DNA from: an uncultured delta proteobacterium
GTDB lineage: Bacteria; Desulfobacterota; Binatia; Binatales; Binataceae
Direction of reading: 5' to 3'
Assembly: GCA_963808235.1 (NCBI GenBank)
Contig: CAWEEQ010000004.1
Location: 1,856,001-1,920,000 of the forward strand
Length of the DNA stretch: 64,000 nucleotides
Shown here one piece after another: positions 11,091-20,923 of the stretch. A model generated the notes under the pieces. The model was not told the origin of the DNA, searched no databases, and saw only the letters and a list, made by a program, of their open reading frames with translations. Numbering within the stretch: the stretch's first letter is position 1; each line of letters opens with the position of its first letter. A program made the translations under genes and the position numbers.

Positions 11091-11549
11091 ATGATTCGCA
11101 AATTCAAATTTGAAGATGAGATGCATGAGAGTTTGCAATGCGTTCCGATGGCGGTGCGGCGCAAGCTCGATCGGGTCGGGCTGAAGATTGGCCTTGAGCA
11201 ATGGAAGGCGCTCGATCGCGGCGAGCGGCTCGCGATTTGTCATATCCCAGTCGACTCGGGCGAGGAATGCGATGCGCTCGCGTACTTCATCCGCGAAACG
11301 ATGGTGCGCCGATTCGGCGTCGAGCCAAAGCAACTGTCCGACTCCGCACGCGCATCCGCGGAGCCGCCGACTGCGCCCCCTGTTCAACTCGTGGCGCATG
11401 CCCGAGGGTTGGGATTCGTTCTGAGCGACACGGCGTGGACGCGTCTCGACACCGACGAGCGATTCGCCCTCATGAAGATGGGCGACCTCGCCACGCCGAG
11501 CCACAACCTGGCCGCGGCACTCAAGGAATTTGGCGTGGCGGCCGTTTGA
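11091..11549 (+). CDS. Nitrate reductase-associated protein (NarM-like family)
   Basis: FKFEDEMHESLQCVPMAVRRKLDRVGLKI...W..LD..ERFALMK...PSHNL matches the family pattern I recall. Confidence 0.8.
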   Translation: MIRKFKFEDEMHESLQCVPMAVRRKLDRVGLKIGLEQWKALDRGERLAICHIPVDSGEECDALAYFIRETMVRRFGVEPKQLSDSARASAEPPTAPPVQLVAHARGLGFVLSDTAWTRLDTDERFALMKMGDLATPSHNLAAALKEFGVAAV

Positions 11550-11562
11550 CGAGGTTCGACGT

Positions 11563-12384
11563 TCAATCGCGGGCGAAGTGATCGAGGATCGCCCTACCGT
11601 TGCCTAGTTTGAATTGATGCTTCAGCGCGTTGGTCACGTATCGTTTCGCGCCGCGCACCGAATCCTCCAAACTTTTGCCGCGAGCTAGATACGCCGCGAT
11701 CGCCGCCGAGAAGGCGCATCCAGTGCCATGCGCTCCGCCGCCGGAGATGCGCTTGCTTGCCAGTTCTATAAATCGGCGGCCGTCGTAAAAGAGGTCCGCC
11801 GATTTTGCGTCGTCGGCACGCGCGCCGCTCTTGCGATGCCCTCCCTTGATCACCACCGCCCTCGCGCCCGTCGCGAGGATTTGGCGCGCCGCCTCACGCA
11901 TCGCGGCGCCGGTATCGATCCGAATCGACGTGATCGCCTCAGCCTCCCCAATGTTCGGCGTGACGATCAATGCCAGCGGAATCAGCAAATCGCGCATGGC
12001 GCGTTCGCCGGCCGCCTCGAGCAGGCGCGTGCCACTGCTCGATATGAAGACCGGATCGACAACCGGCGCAGGCATCGCGAGTTTCACGATCGCGCGCGCG
12101 ACTGCTTTGACGATCGCCGCGTTGCCGAGCGCGCCGGTCTTAAGTGCCCGCGGGACGCATTCAGCCGCGAGCGATTCAATCTGCTCGGTGACTGACGCCG
12201 GCGCGACCGGCCATGTCCGCCTGACGCGAGAACTATTCTGCGCGATCACGTCGGTGATCACCGAATATCCATACACGCCAAGCGCTGCGAAGGTCTTCAG
12301 GTCCGCCTGGATACCGGCGCCGCCGCTCGGGTCGCTTCCGGCGATTGTCAGTGCAACAGGATGTTTCGAATTGGGAGAGGCCAA
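11563..12384 (-). CDS. thiD: Hydroxymethylpyrimidine/phosphomethylpyrimidine kinase
   Basis: LTIAGSDPSGGAGIQADLKTF, VDPV, TPN, HGTGCAFSAAIAA. Confidence 0.93.
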   Translation of the reverse strand: MASPNSKHPVALTIAGSDPSGGAGIQADLKTFAALGVYGYSVITDVIAQNSSRVRRTWPVAPASVTEQIESLAAECVPRALKTGALGNAAIVKAVARAIVKLAMPAPVVDPVFISSSGTRLLEAAGERAMRDLLIPLALIVTPNIGEAEAITSIRIDTGAAMREAARQILATGARAVVIKGGHRKSGARADDAKSADLFYDGRRFIELASKRISGGGAHGTGCAFSAAIAAYLARGKSLEDSVRGAKRYVTNALKHQFKLGNGRAILDHFARD

Positions 12385-12439
12385 GAAGGGGCTCTCATGC
12401 GTTCCAATAATCTTATCGGACCGCGCCCGACAGTGATAG

Positions 12440-14224
12440 ATGGACGCTCAGTTGATCGATCATCGAACCGCGCGGTACCTTGGCGCAACGGATGGAAATT
12501 TTCGGGCGAATAAAATGCCGGTAAGAGGCGAATCGGAATTTCTCAACCTGCCATTCCAGGAAAAGCTGGATTTCCTGTACGGCCTGCCCGCGCGCCAGAA
12601 ACGCGATCTGATTCTTTCCGCACCCGAGGCCGAGCGCCTGGTTCAATCGTTCTCGCCCGAGACGCTTTTCTACACGCTGAAGGAAATCGGCAGCGCCGAC
12701 GCCGGCGACCTGCTCAGCCTCGCGATGCCCGAGCAGGTGAAGTCGCTGTTCGATCTCGATTGCTGGAACCGCGACCGCCCCAACGTGCATCGAATGCGCG
12801 AGTGGATCGAGGCGATGGCCGACGGCGGACGGCGCAAGCTCGCCGACGCGCTGATGGGCCTCGACATGGAGATGATGTCGATCCTGCTGCGCGGGTACAT
12901 CAAGGTGCATCGAATCGAAGATGCGGCGTCGTCGCCCGACGCGACCGCGAACCGCTTCGCACAGTACGACGAAAATTATCTGATCGAGTTCATCCGCCAC
13001 GACGCCATCTCGCAGCACATTTCAGATTTTATCGAAGAGGCTTTCGAGCGCGACTACAACTACTTCGCCGGCCTGATGGAAGAAATTTACTGGGGTGTCG
13101 AAGCCGAGCTCGAAGAAGAGGCCTACCAGTTCCGGCGCGCGCGATTGAACGATCGCGGCTTTCCCGATTTCTTCGACGCGCAAAGCGTCTTCGCGTATTT
13201 GAATCCCGCGCAGTTTCTGAAAATTCGCGAAGGCTACGAGCGCCCGAGCCGCGCCGACCTGCCCGACGACACCGAGATGGTGCCGCCGGAGATGGCGCCT
13301 GCGATTGCCGACGGCGACATCTCGCTGTTCAACACCGCGCTCACCGCGGGCTTCGCATCGCAGGGTAAACGTCAACTTCGCAGCGAGATGGCGATGGTCT
13401 CCAACCAGGTGCTGGTTGCCCGCGCGATCGACTTCGGCGACCTGGAGGAGGTCCGCGTCGCAGTCGAGATGACGCACAATTACCTGAATCTCGCGCTCGA
13501 GCATCTGGCGGGCGGCGACTTGCAAGCTGCAATCGAGCATCTGCGCGACACTCATCTGAAGCTGCTCTTTCGCCTGGGTGTGAGCCTGACAATCGATCTG
13601 CGAACTTCCGCCGAGTCCACGATCCGCAAACTCGGCCTATCGATCGGCAAGGTGCGAGAGATTTCTTACCTCGATTCACCGTATCGCGAGGCCCTTGCGG
13701 GTTTCATGGCGCGTCAGCCGCGATTCTACAGCGCGCTCGACGGCAGCGGCGGCGTCGATATGCGCGATTTCCGCACGATGCGCGACTTGCATCTTAGCTA
13801 CGCGATTCTCGATCAAGTGGATTCTGCCGCGGAGTTGTTCCGCGGGCTATTCAATATCGATATCGGATCGCCCAACTTCCGCGCCCAGGTTGCCGCGCGT
13901 GAGGTTCGGCTCAGCCAGATGCTCGGCACCGCGCTAGGGCGGCTCGGCCTCGATGGCCGGCTCTCGATCGAGCCGATCGAAGGCAGCCGGCTTACCGCGA
14001 TGCGCGCGGCGATCATGACCGGCGAGCCGGGGCGGCTAAGCGACGAGTTCCGCGCCACGCTGCATCATGCCCTCGCCGAGCGGCTCGACGACGGCGCGCG
14101 CAAACGCACCGCTGACTTCCTGAATTCATGCGTGAACCTGCTCGAGGAAGAATTCGCCAACCTGGGTGGCGAGCTTCGGATCGATCCGCGTTTTATCGAA
14201 AGTGTGCTGGTCCGCGAGGGCTAA
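12440..14224 (+). CDS. Conserved hypothetical protein (DUF6178-like); alternative start at 12515
   Basis: FDLDCW, ELEEEAYQFRRARLNDRGFPD, LFRLGVSL; typical high-GC codon use. Confidence 0.65.
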   Translation: MDAQLIDHRTARYLGATDGNFRANKMPVRGESEFLNLPFQEKLDFLYGLPARQKRDLILSAPEAERLVQSFSPETLFYTLKEIGSADAGDLLSLAMPEQVKSLFDLDCWNRDRPNVHRMREWIEAMADGGRRKLADALMGLDMEMMSILLRGYIKVHRIEDAASSPDATANRFAQYDENYLIEFIRHDAISQHISDFIEEAFERDYNYFAGLMEEIYWGVEAELEEEAYQFRRARLNDRGFPDFFDAQSVFAYLNPAQFLKIREGYERPSRADLPDDTEMVPPEMAPAIADGDISLFNTALTAGFASQGKRQLRSEMAMVSNQVLVARAIDFGDLEEVRVAVEMTHNYLNLALEHLAGGDLQAAIEHLRDTHLKLLFRLGVSLTIDLRTSAESTIRKLGLSIGKVREISYLDSPYREALAGFMARQPRFYSALDGSGGVDMRDFRTMRDLHLSYAILDQVDSAAELFRGLFNIDIGSPNFRAQVAAREVRLSQMLGTALGRLGLDGRLSIEPIEGSRLTAMRAAIMTGEPGRLSDEFRATLHHALAERLDDGARKRTADFLNSCVNLLEEEFANLGGELRIDPRFIESVLVREG

Positions 14225-15036
14225 GGCTGATTCAGCGTGACGACGCGGTTTGCGCCGCCGCGATTCAGCGTCAGCGTGACCGCACCGCCGCTCTTGAGCA
14301 CCGACGCGTTTCGGCTGAAATCGTCGAGCGCCGCAACTTTGGCGTCGTTCACCTTGATCACGATGTCGCCGCGCGCGACTCCCGCCTTCTGCGCCGCCGG
14401 CGAAACCTCCGATACCAGCACACCGCGATCGTCCGGCTCGTCGAAGTAGGTCGCCAGTTCCGGCGTCAATTGCTCGACGGTCAGGCCGAGCGCGCGCGCG
14501 GTGTCGGGAACTTTCCCGCCGCTGGCGCTGCTCGCGAGCGTCGATTCGAGCAGCTTCGAGTTCACGTAGATCGGCGCGTTCATGCCCATCGCAAGCGCGA
14601 TCGCGTCGCTCGGACGGCTGTCGATCGCGTAGCGTCCCTTGTCCATATAAATCTTCGCGTAAAAAATCTCGTCGCGCATTTCCGCGATCACGATGCGATC
14701 GACGCCGTTGCCGGTCTCCGAGATTATCGACCGCATCAGGTCGTGCGTGAACGGACGCGGCGGCTTGATTCCCTGCAACGAGAGCATGATCGCCTGGGCC
14801 TCGCTCTCGCCAATCATGATCGGCAGTTCGCGCGACTCGGAATCGTCCCGCAAAAGCACGAAGTGAGCCCCGGTCTCCTGGTCATAACCGACCTTGGCGA
14901 CCTGGACGCGGACCTCATCGCCGGAAATTCCCGAAGTTTGCGTTGAGGATGCCGTAGTGGAGCGGCCGCATGAGCATGCAGCCACGGTGGCTGCTAACAG
15001 CAGCAGGCACAGATGCCTTCCGCCCACAGCCTTCAT
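14221..15036 (-). CDS. Lipoprotein: DUF151 (bifunctional nuclease family) domain plus C-terminal PDZ
   Basis: Lipobox LLAATVAAC; LPIMIGESEAQAI, PRPFTHDL, IDSRPSDAIALA; PDZ GVLVSEVSPAAQKAGVARGDIVIKVN. Confidence 0.85.
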   Translation of the reverse strand: MKAVGGRHLCLLLLAATVAACSCGRSTTASSTQTSGISGDEVRVQVAKVGYDQETGAHFVLLRDDSESRELPIMIGESEAQAIMLSLQGIKPPRPFTHDLMRSIISETGNGVDRIVIAEMRDEIFYAKIYMDKGRYAIDSRPSDAIALAMGMNAPIYVNSKLLESTLASSASGGKVPDTARALGLTVEQLTPELATYFDEPDDRGVLVSEVSPAAQKAGVARGDIVIKVNDAKVAALDDFSRNASVLKSGGAVTLTLNRGGANRVVTLNQP

Positions 15037-15095
15037 AGTAAAACCTTACGCGCATGTCGCTGGTGACGCCAAGCCGCCTCGCAAGCGCATGCGGA

Positions 15096-15692
15096 TTACC
15101 GGCCGCGGAAATCGCGCGCGACGATGTACAGCTCCGACGAACCGGGGCGGCTCGCCTTGGTCCGAGTGACTTCAACGGTTCGGAAGTGCCGCTTGAAATT
15201 GTCGACCACCGGCTTGAAGTCCGCACCCATGAACAGCTTCACGACCATCGCGCCCCTTGGGGCAAGGATCTCCATCGCGAACGCGAGCGCCGCGTCGATA
15301 AGCTCTCTCGATCGCGCTTCATCGCGGGTGGCGATACCGGTCAGCTTGGGCGCGAGGTCGCTGGTCACCAGGTCGGCAGGTCCGTCAAGTTCGTTCGCGA
15401 CTCGCGCCATCACGGATGCATCGAGAATGTCGCCGACTATCGTGATCGCACCGGCCGGCGGATTTTTCACTTGCGCCAGGTCCACACCGACCACACGCCC
15501 ACCCGGACCAATCGCCGGTGCCAGGATCGCGAGCCATCCACCGGGCGCGCATCCCAGATCGACAACCTTCGCCGTCTTCGTCACCAGACGATTGCGCGCA
15601 AGGATTTCCTCGATCTTGAATGCGGCGCGCGATGGCAACCCCATCGCACGCGCCTTGCGGTAAAATTTATCGTGCGGTTCGTAAGTCGGCAC
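15096..15692 (-). CDS. rlmE: 23S rRNA (uridine-2'-O)-methyltransferase RlmE/FtsJ
   Basis: SRAAFKIEEI, VVDLGCAPGGW, SDLAP, KASRPGSSELY. Confidence 0.93.
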   Translation of the reverse strand: MPTYEPHDKFYRKARAMGLPSRAAFKIEEILARNRLVTKTAKVVDLGCAPGGWLAILAPAIGPGGRVVGVDLAQVKNPPAGAITIVGDILDASVMARVANELDGPADLVTSDLAPKLTGIATRDEARSRELIDAALAFAMEILAPRGAMVVKLFMGADFKPVVDNFKRHFRTVEVTRTKASRPGSSELYIVARDFRGR

Positions 15693-15799
15693 TGAAAATC
15701 ACCTGATCGTCGCCGGTTCGCTTTTCCGCGCGCGTCGTAGCGGGTATCTTGGATGAACTTCCGCGCGGCATCTCGCAACTCGTGCATCAGATGGTATCC

Positions 15800-17977
15800 G
15801 TGAGACTCGACGATTTGAATCCCGAACAGCGCGCCGCGGTATTGGCGCCCGACGGCCCGATCCTGATCCTTGCCGGCGCGGGCTCGGGCAAGACCCGCGT
15901 TTTGACTTACCGCATCGCGCATCTGCTGGCCGAGCGGGTGGCATCGGCCGGCGAGATGCTGGCGGTCACGTTTACCAACAAAGCGGCGAACGAGATGCGC
16001 GAGCGGGTCACGTCGATCGTCGCGGACGGTTCGCGAATTCCGTGGGTCAGCACTTTTCACTCGGCATGCGCACGAATCCTGCGCCAGGAAGGGCACGCGC
16101 TCGGCTACGATCGCAATTTCACGATCCTCGACGAAGGGGATTCGATGACCACGATTCGCCGCGTGCTCGAGGATGCGGCGCTGGCAGACTCGCCGCCGCC
16201 CGAGCTGGTCCGCGCGCGAATCGAGCAGGCCAAGAACGAGGCGGTCTCGCCCGAGGCGATGCTCGCGAGCGCCGAGCCCGGGCGCGATGCCACCATCGCG
16301 CAGCTATACCGGCTCTACCAGGAGCGTCTGCTCGCGATGAATGCGATGGACTTCAGCGATCTACAGCTCCAGACCTACGTTCTCTTCGAGCGCTTTCCCG
16401 AGGTGCTCGCGCGATGGCAACCGCGCGCGAAGCATCTGCTGGTCGACGAGTTCCAGGACACCAACCGGGTTCAGTACCTGGTCGTGAAGGCGCTGGCAGA
16501 GCGCTCGGGAAACCTGTGCGTGGTCGGCGACGAAGATCAGTCGATCTATCGATGGCGCGGTGCCGACATCCGCAACATCCTTGATTTCGAGCGCGACTAC
16601 CCCACCGCACAAACCTTCAAGCTCGAACAGAACTACCGCTCCACCAAAACTATCCTCGCGGCGGCCGGCGCGGTGATCCGCAACAACACCGAGCGGAAGA
16701 TTAAGAACCTGTGGACCGAAAACGATTCCGGCGAGCCGGTCACCTACTTTACCGGCGTGACCGAGCGCGACGAGGCGGATTTTATCGCGCTCGAAATCGC
16801 ACGGCTGACCGGCTCGGGCGGGATGAAGCCCGCCGACGTCGTGATCTTCTACCGGGTCAACGCCCAATCCCGCGTGATCGAAGAGGCGCTGGTGCGCCGC
16901 CGAATCCCCTACTACGTCGTCGGCGGCGTGCGCTTTTACGAGCAGCGCGACATCAAGGACTTGCTCGCCTACCTGCGCGTGATTGCCAATCCGGCCGACG
17001 CACTCAGCCTGGAACGGATGCTCGGCGTGCCACCGCGCGGGATAGGCGCGAAGTCCTTCGAGGCTATCACTGAAGTCGCGGCGCATGAGCAAATCTCGAC
17101 GTTCGAGGCGATGGGCCGGCTCGAGACTTACTCCAAAGTTGCGCTTCGCATCGCCAAGCAGGCAGGGATGCTTTACGGATGGATGCGCGATCTGATGGTG
17201 CGCGCGCCCGACATGGGAGTGCGCGCAATCCTCGACGAAGTGGTCGCGCGCAGTGGATTCGAGCCGTATCTCGACACGCTGGCCGACGCGCCCGCGCGCA
17301 AGCAGAATCTGGCCGAGATGCTCGCGGCGGCAAATGCATTCGACGCCGAGCATTCCGGCGGCGGCTTGCTCGAGTTTCTGGAACGAGTCGCGCTGGTCAG
17401 TGATACCGAGCAAATCGATTCTAGCGGAGGACGCGCGGCGCTAATGACGCTGCATACGTCGAAAGGCCTCGAGTATCCGGTCGTGTTCATTGCGGGGATG
17501 GAGGAGGGCCTGTTTCCGCATAGCCGTTCCGCCGATATCGACGCGGAAGTCGAAGAGGAGCGCCGGCTCTGCTACGTCGGGATGACCCGCGCGCGCCAAC
17601 TGCTGTATCTGACCAACACGCTCTCGCGCGAACTCTACGGAGTGCGCCAGGAATCGCGCCAGTCGCGATTTCTGCGCGAGGTCGATTCCGCGCTGATTCG
17701 ACGTATCGCGCCCGAGCGCAATTCTCCGCCGGTGCGCCCGCTGTCGCGCGAGCCGTACGTCGATTTCACCGATAGCCAGTTGCCTGACGACGAACCCGCG
17801 AGCGGCGGCGACGGTTTAGGCATCGGCGCGCGAGTGATTCATCCTATTTTCGGCCGCGGCATCATCCGTAAGCGCGAAGGGCGCGGCGACGGCGCGAAGG
17901 CATGGGTTAATTTCGAGCGCGGCGGAATAAAACAGCTGGTGCTGAAGTTTGCGAATCTGCGGTTGCAGGAGCACTGA
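15800..17977 (+). CDS. uvrD: ATP-dependent DNA helicase UvrD/PcrA
   Basis: LAGAGSGKT, VTFTNKAA, VDEFQDTN, LEQNYRST, TLHTSKGLEYP, EERRLCYVGMTRA; GTG start at 15800. Confidence 0.95.
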   Translation: MRLDDLNPEQRAAVLAPDGPILILAGAGSGKTRVLTYRIAHLLAERVASAGEMLAVTFTNKAANEMRERVTSIVADGSRIPWVSTFHSACARILRQEGHALGYDRNFTILDEGDSMTTIRRVLEDAALADSPPPELVRARIEQAKNEAVSPEAMLASAEPGRDATIAQLYRLYQERLLAMNAMDFSDLQLQTYVLFERFPEVLARWQPRAKHLLVDEFQDTNRVQYLVVKALAERSGNLCVVGDEDQSIYRWRGADIRNILDFERDYPTAQTFKLEQNYRSTKTILAAAGAVIRNNTERKIKNLWTENDSGEPVTYFTGVTERDEADFIALEIARLTGSGGMKPADVVIFYRVNAQSRVIEEALVRRRIPYYVVGGVRFYEQRDIKDLLAYLRVIANPADALSLERMLGVPPRGIGAKSFEAITEVAAHEQISTFEAMGRLETYSKVALRIAKQAGMLYGWMRDLMVRAPDMGVRAILDEVVARSGFEPYLDTLADAPARKQNLAEMLAAANAFDAEHSGGGLLEFLERVALVSDTEQIDSSGGRAALMTLHTSKGLEYPVVFIAGMEEGLFPHSRSADIDAEVEEERRLCYVGMTRARQLLYLTNTLSRELYGVRQESRQSRFLREVDSALIRRIAPERNSPPVRPLSREPYVDFTDSQLPDDEPASGGDGLGIGARVIHPIFGRGIIRKREGRGDGAKAWVNFERGGIKQLVLKFANLRLQEH

Positions 17978-18076
17978 ACGCGCCGGTATGATCCGGGGTC
18001 ATGGGACGCCCACCGGTCGCGCCGAAGCGAATGGCTGTCCTTCGATCTCAACTCTAAATTTCGCTCCTGGAAGTTC

Positions 18077-19171
18077 ATGAAGCGCTTCATCGACATCGCG
18101 ATTCGAATTGTTCCCGTACTTCTGCTCGCGGCCCTGGTGGCGATTCCCGTGCATGCCGGGTGGACCGAGGACGAGTTCGAACATCGCCCGCTGTTTGCTT
18201 ACCCGCTGCCGCGCGGCCAGGACGACATCATCGGCAACCTCCTCACCTACCAACTCCAGAAGGGCGACACCCTGCTCGATGTTGGGCGATGGTTCGGGGT
18301 GACGGCCAAGGAAATTTCCAACGCCAACGGTGGCATCGACTGGTGGTCTCCACCGGCTGGTAAGCAAATCGTTCTGCCTGACGAGCATATCCTGCCCGAC
18401 ACTCCGCACGTCGGAATCGTGCTGAACATCCCCGAAATGCGGCTGTACTATTATTTTCCGTCGCCGACCGGGCCGATTCATCGCAAGGGCAAGGAGGCGC
18501 CGGGCAAGGGCAAAGTCACTCCGGCCAAGTTTGTCACGGGCAAGTCCGTCACGGGAAAGAAGCATGCGACTGCCGCCGGTACGGTCGGACCGTCGGTGGT
18601 GTACACGTTTCCGGTCGGGCTCGGGCGCTTCGACTGGAAGACGCCGATTGGCGATTTCACCGTGCGCGGCAAAACCAAAAATCCAACCTGGGTAGTGCCG
18701 CAGGACATCTACGAAGAGCATCTCGAACGTGACGGAGAGGCCGAGCACGTAGTCTCCGGCGACGATCCTGACAATCCGCTCGGCCATTATCGAATCGAGC
18801 TGACGCTGCCGGAGTATGCTCTGCACGGGACCAACGTTCCGTGGGGCGTCGGGATGGAAGTCAGCCACGGATGCATCCGGCTATATCCCGAAGACATCGA
18901 GCGGCTTTTCAACAAGGTGAAGATCGGGACTCCAGGGATGTTCGTCTATCAGCCGGTCAAGTTCGGATGGCGCGGCGACGCGCTCTACGTCGAAGTCCAC
19001 GAGGATCTTTACGGCCGCTACGCCGGACTGTGGGCCTACGCGCAGAAGGAAGCCGCGCGCCTCGGGATCGAAGACCAGGTCGATATGCAGAAACTCGAGA
19101 GAGCCGTCGAACAGAAGACCGGAGTTCCGACCTACGTGATGCCGGGACCGGCGCCGGGCAGCGCGGGCTAG
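18077..19171 (+). CDS. L,D-transpeptidase (LysM + YkuD)
   Basis: Signal peptide, KGDTLLDV LysM, NIPEMRLYY, LHGTN...VSHGCIRL. Confidence 0.92.
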   Translation: MKRFIDIAIRIVPVLLLAALVAIPVHAGWTEDEFEHRPLFAYPLPRGQDDIIGNLLTYQLQKGDTLLDVGRWFGVTAKEISNANGGIDWWSPPAGKQIVLPDEHILPDTPHVGIVLNIPEMRLYYYFPSPTGPIHRKGKEAPGKGKVTPAKFVTGKSVTGKKHATAAGTVGPSVVYTFPVGLGRFDWKTPIGDFTVRGKTKNPTWVVPQDIYEEHLERDGEAEHVVSGDDPDNPLGHYRIELTLPEYALHGTNVPWGVGMEVSHGCIRLYPEDIERLFNKVKIGTPGMFVYQPVKFGWRGDALYVEVHEDLYGRYAGLWAYAQKEAARLGIEDQVDMQKLERAVEQKTGVPTYVMPGPAPGSAG

Positions 19172-20811
19172 CGCGCAGTCGGCGCGCTCAAGCCTTCGGG
19201 CGTGCGGCGCTTTTTCACCAGGTAAAAGTAGCGATGGCCGAGGCCGAATGGTCCCGGCGCTTTGAGCCGCCGCACGACTACCGAGCCTGCGATCGCTTCG
19301 CTCGCAATCGTGTATTCATCCACCTTCGGAGAAGTGATCATCGGGATTCCTGCTTCGAGCTTCATCGTCTCGACGCCGTGCTTCGGATACCGGTAAAGAT
19401 CCTCGCCGTTGAGCGAGTAGCCCGCGTCGATCGCTGAGCGCGGAATCCCTTCGCGCTCGAGCGCGTTTCGCGCCGCGAGCACCACGCCGAGTCCGCGCTG
19501 ATATGAATAGGTGCCACCGAGCGACATCAGGCCCATCGCGAAGATCATCGCGAACCCCGCGGACTTGACCAGCCGGGTCCGCGGCAGCGGCGCGAGTGCA
19601 AGCACGATCGCTCCAGCCGGCACCAGCACCAGGTAGTACCGATCGTTGAAGAACCAGAGCGGAAGCGTCGCAGCCCAATAGACCATCGCGCCGATCACGA
19701 TCGCCGCCGCTGCGCGCCGCATCCGCATAAAAATATCCGCGAACGCGACTATCAGTCCGGCCGCACCCAGGCTCGCGAGCACGAGAAAGGCGTATTGCCA
19801 GTTGCTCTCCCAGAGAAAACGGTTCGACATGCCGCGAAGCAGCAGCGTGTTGTGGGATCCGCCGAAGCAACTGTACTCGGGCGTGACCGGCATCGAATGG
19901 TCCGTCCACATCAGCAGGAGTGCCGATCCGGTTATTGCGGCGCTCATCACCAAAACCATCCGCCCTCGTCGCGTCGCGAGCTGCAAGAGTGCGATCGGCG
20001 CGAGCACTGTCCCAAGGTAGAGCGCGGGACCCAGGATGCCCGCGCGAAGATAGACTGCAAGCGGCACCCGGAAAATATAAGCGAACTGATCTTCGTCCAG
20101 CTGCAAAGACCACGGTTTCGGCCTCAGCACCGTGAGCGAAATCCAGAAAAGCGCGCAAACCCCCAGCGCAACTGCAAACGGCGCCAGCATCGCGAGCAGC
20201 TGCGCGCGGCCGATCGTACGCTTTCCTCTAAGCACTCCATCGTGGAGAAGAATCGCGCCTACGCACCCAGCAATCGCCATCGCGCCGAACGGGCGAATCA
20301 TGAAAGCAATCACCGCGAGCGCCGCCGCGAGCCAGAGCCACGGTCGCGAGCGCGCGGACCCGGCTTTGGCGAAAGCCAGGTAGGTCCCGACCAGCAATGT
20401 CAGGAAAGGAATCTCGGTCATGAATGAGAAACTGAGAAACGTGAAGCACGGATTGCAGACCAGCAGGCCGGTCGCCGCGAGCGCTTGCCATCGGCGCGCG
20501 CCGCACTTGAGCGCGAGCGCATGGAACATCACGCCGCACGCAATCGCGAGCGCAACCGTCGCGATCTCGAGCGATACCGCGTTCGCGCCGAATGCGCGTC
20601 CCCACGCGGCTCCGTAGATCACTTGAGCGATCGGCATCGCCTGCGTGTAGCCGGCAAACCTGATCTCGCCGGTACGAAGGTATCGCCGCACCGCCGATCC
20701 GTAGAGCCAGCTGTCGACGACCGCCGCGTCGGTCAACGGATACAGTATTGCCAGCGCGAACACGTACCATCCGGTGACCATCGCGGCCGCGGCCCATCCT
20801 GCGCGCCTCAT
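19168..20811 (-). CDS. GT-C fold membrane glycosyltransferase (GT39/ArnT-like)
   Basis: Multi-pass membrane protein with an N-terminal acidic D..VVDSWLY motif, FMTEIPF and DRYYL. Confidence 0.7.
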   Translation of the reverse strand: MRRAGWAAAAMVTGWYVFALAILYPLTDAAVVDSWLYGSAVRRYLRTGEIRFAGYTQAMPIAQVIYGAAWGRAFGANAVSLEIATVALAIACGVMFHALALKCGARRWQALAATGLLVCNPCFTFLSFSFMTEIPFLTLLVGTYLAFAKAGSARSRPWLWLAAALAVIAFMIRPFGAMAIAGCVGAILLHDGVLRGKRTIGRAQLLAMLAPFAVALGVCALFWISLTVLRPKPWSLQLDEDQFAYIFRVPLAVYLRAGILGPALYLGTVLAPIALLQLATRRGRMVLVMSAAITGSALLLMWTDHSMPVTPEYSCFGGSHNTLLLRGMSNRFLWESNWQYAFLVLASLGAAGLIVAFADIFMRMRRAAAAIVIGAMVYWAATLPLWFFNDRYYLVLVPAGAIVLALAPLPRTRLVKSAGFAMIFAMGLMSLGGTYSYQRGLGVVLAARNALEREGIPRSAIDAGYSLNGEDLYRYPKHGVETMKLEAGIPMITSPKVDEYTIASEAIAGSVVVRRLKAPGPFGLGHRYFYLVKKRRTPEGLSAPTAR

Positions 20812-20839
20812 CTCAAGCCCTCATCTCAAAGTCGCTGCC

Positions 20840-20869
20840 TTGCCCCGGTTTTGAGCTATCCCATATACT
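20840..20869 (+). promoter_or_regulatory. Putative sigma70 promoter TTGCCC-N18-TATACT
   Basis: Near-consensus boxes upstream of the DegT gene. Confidence 0.4.
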
Positions 20870-20923
20870 CCGAAATCAACTCGAAAAAATGGGACTGCGC
20901 TGATTTCAACCGAATCACACCCG

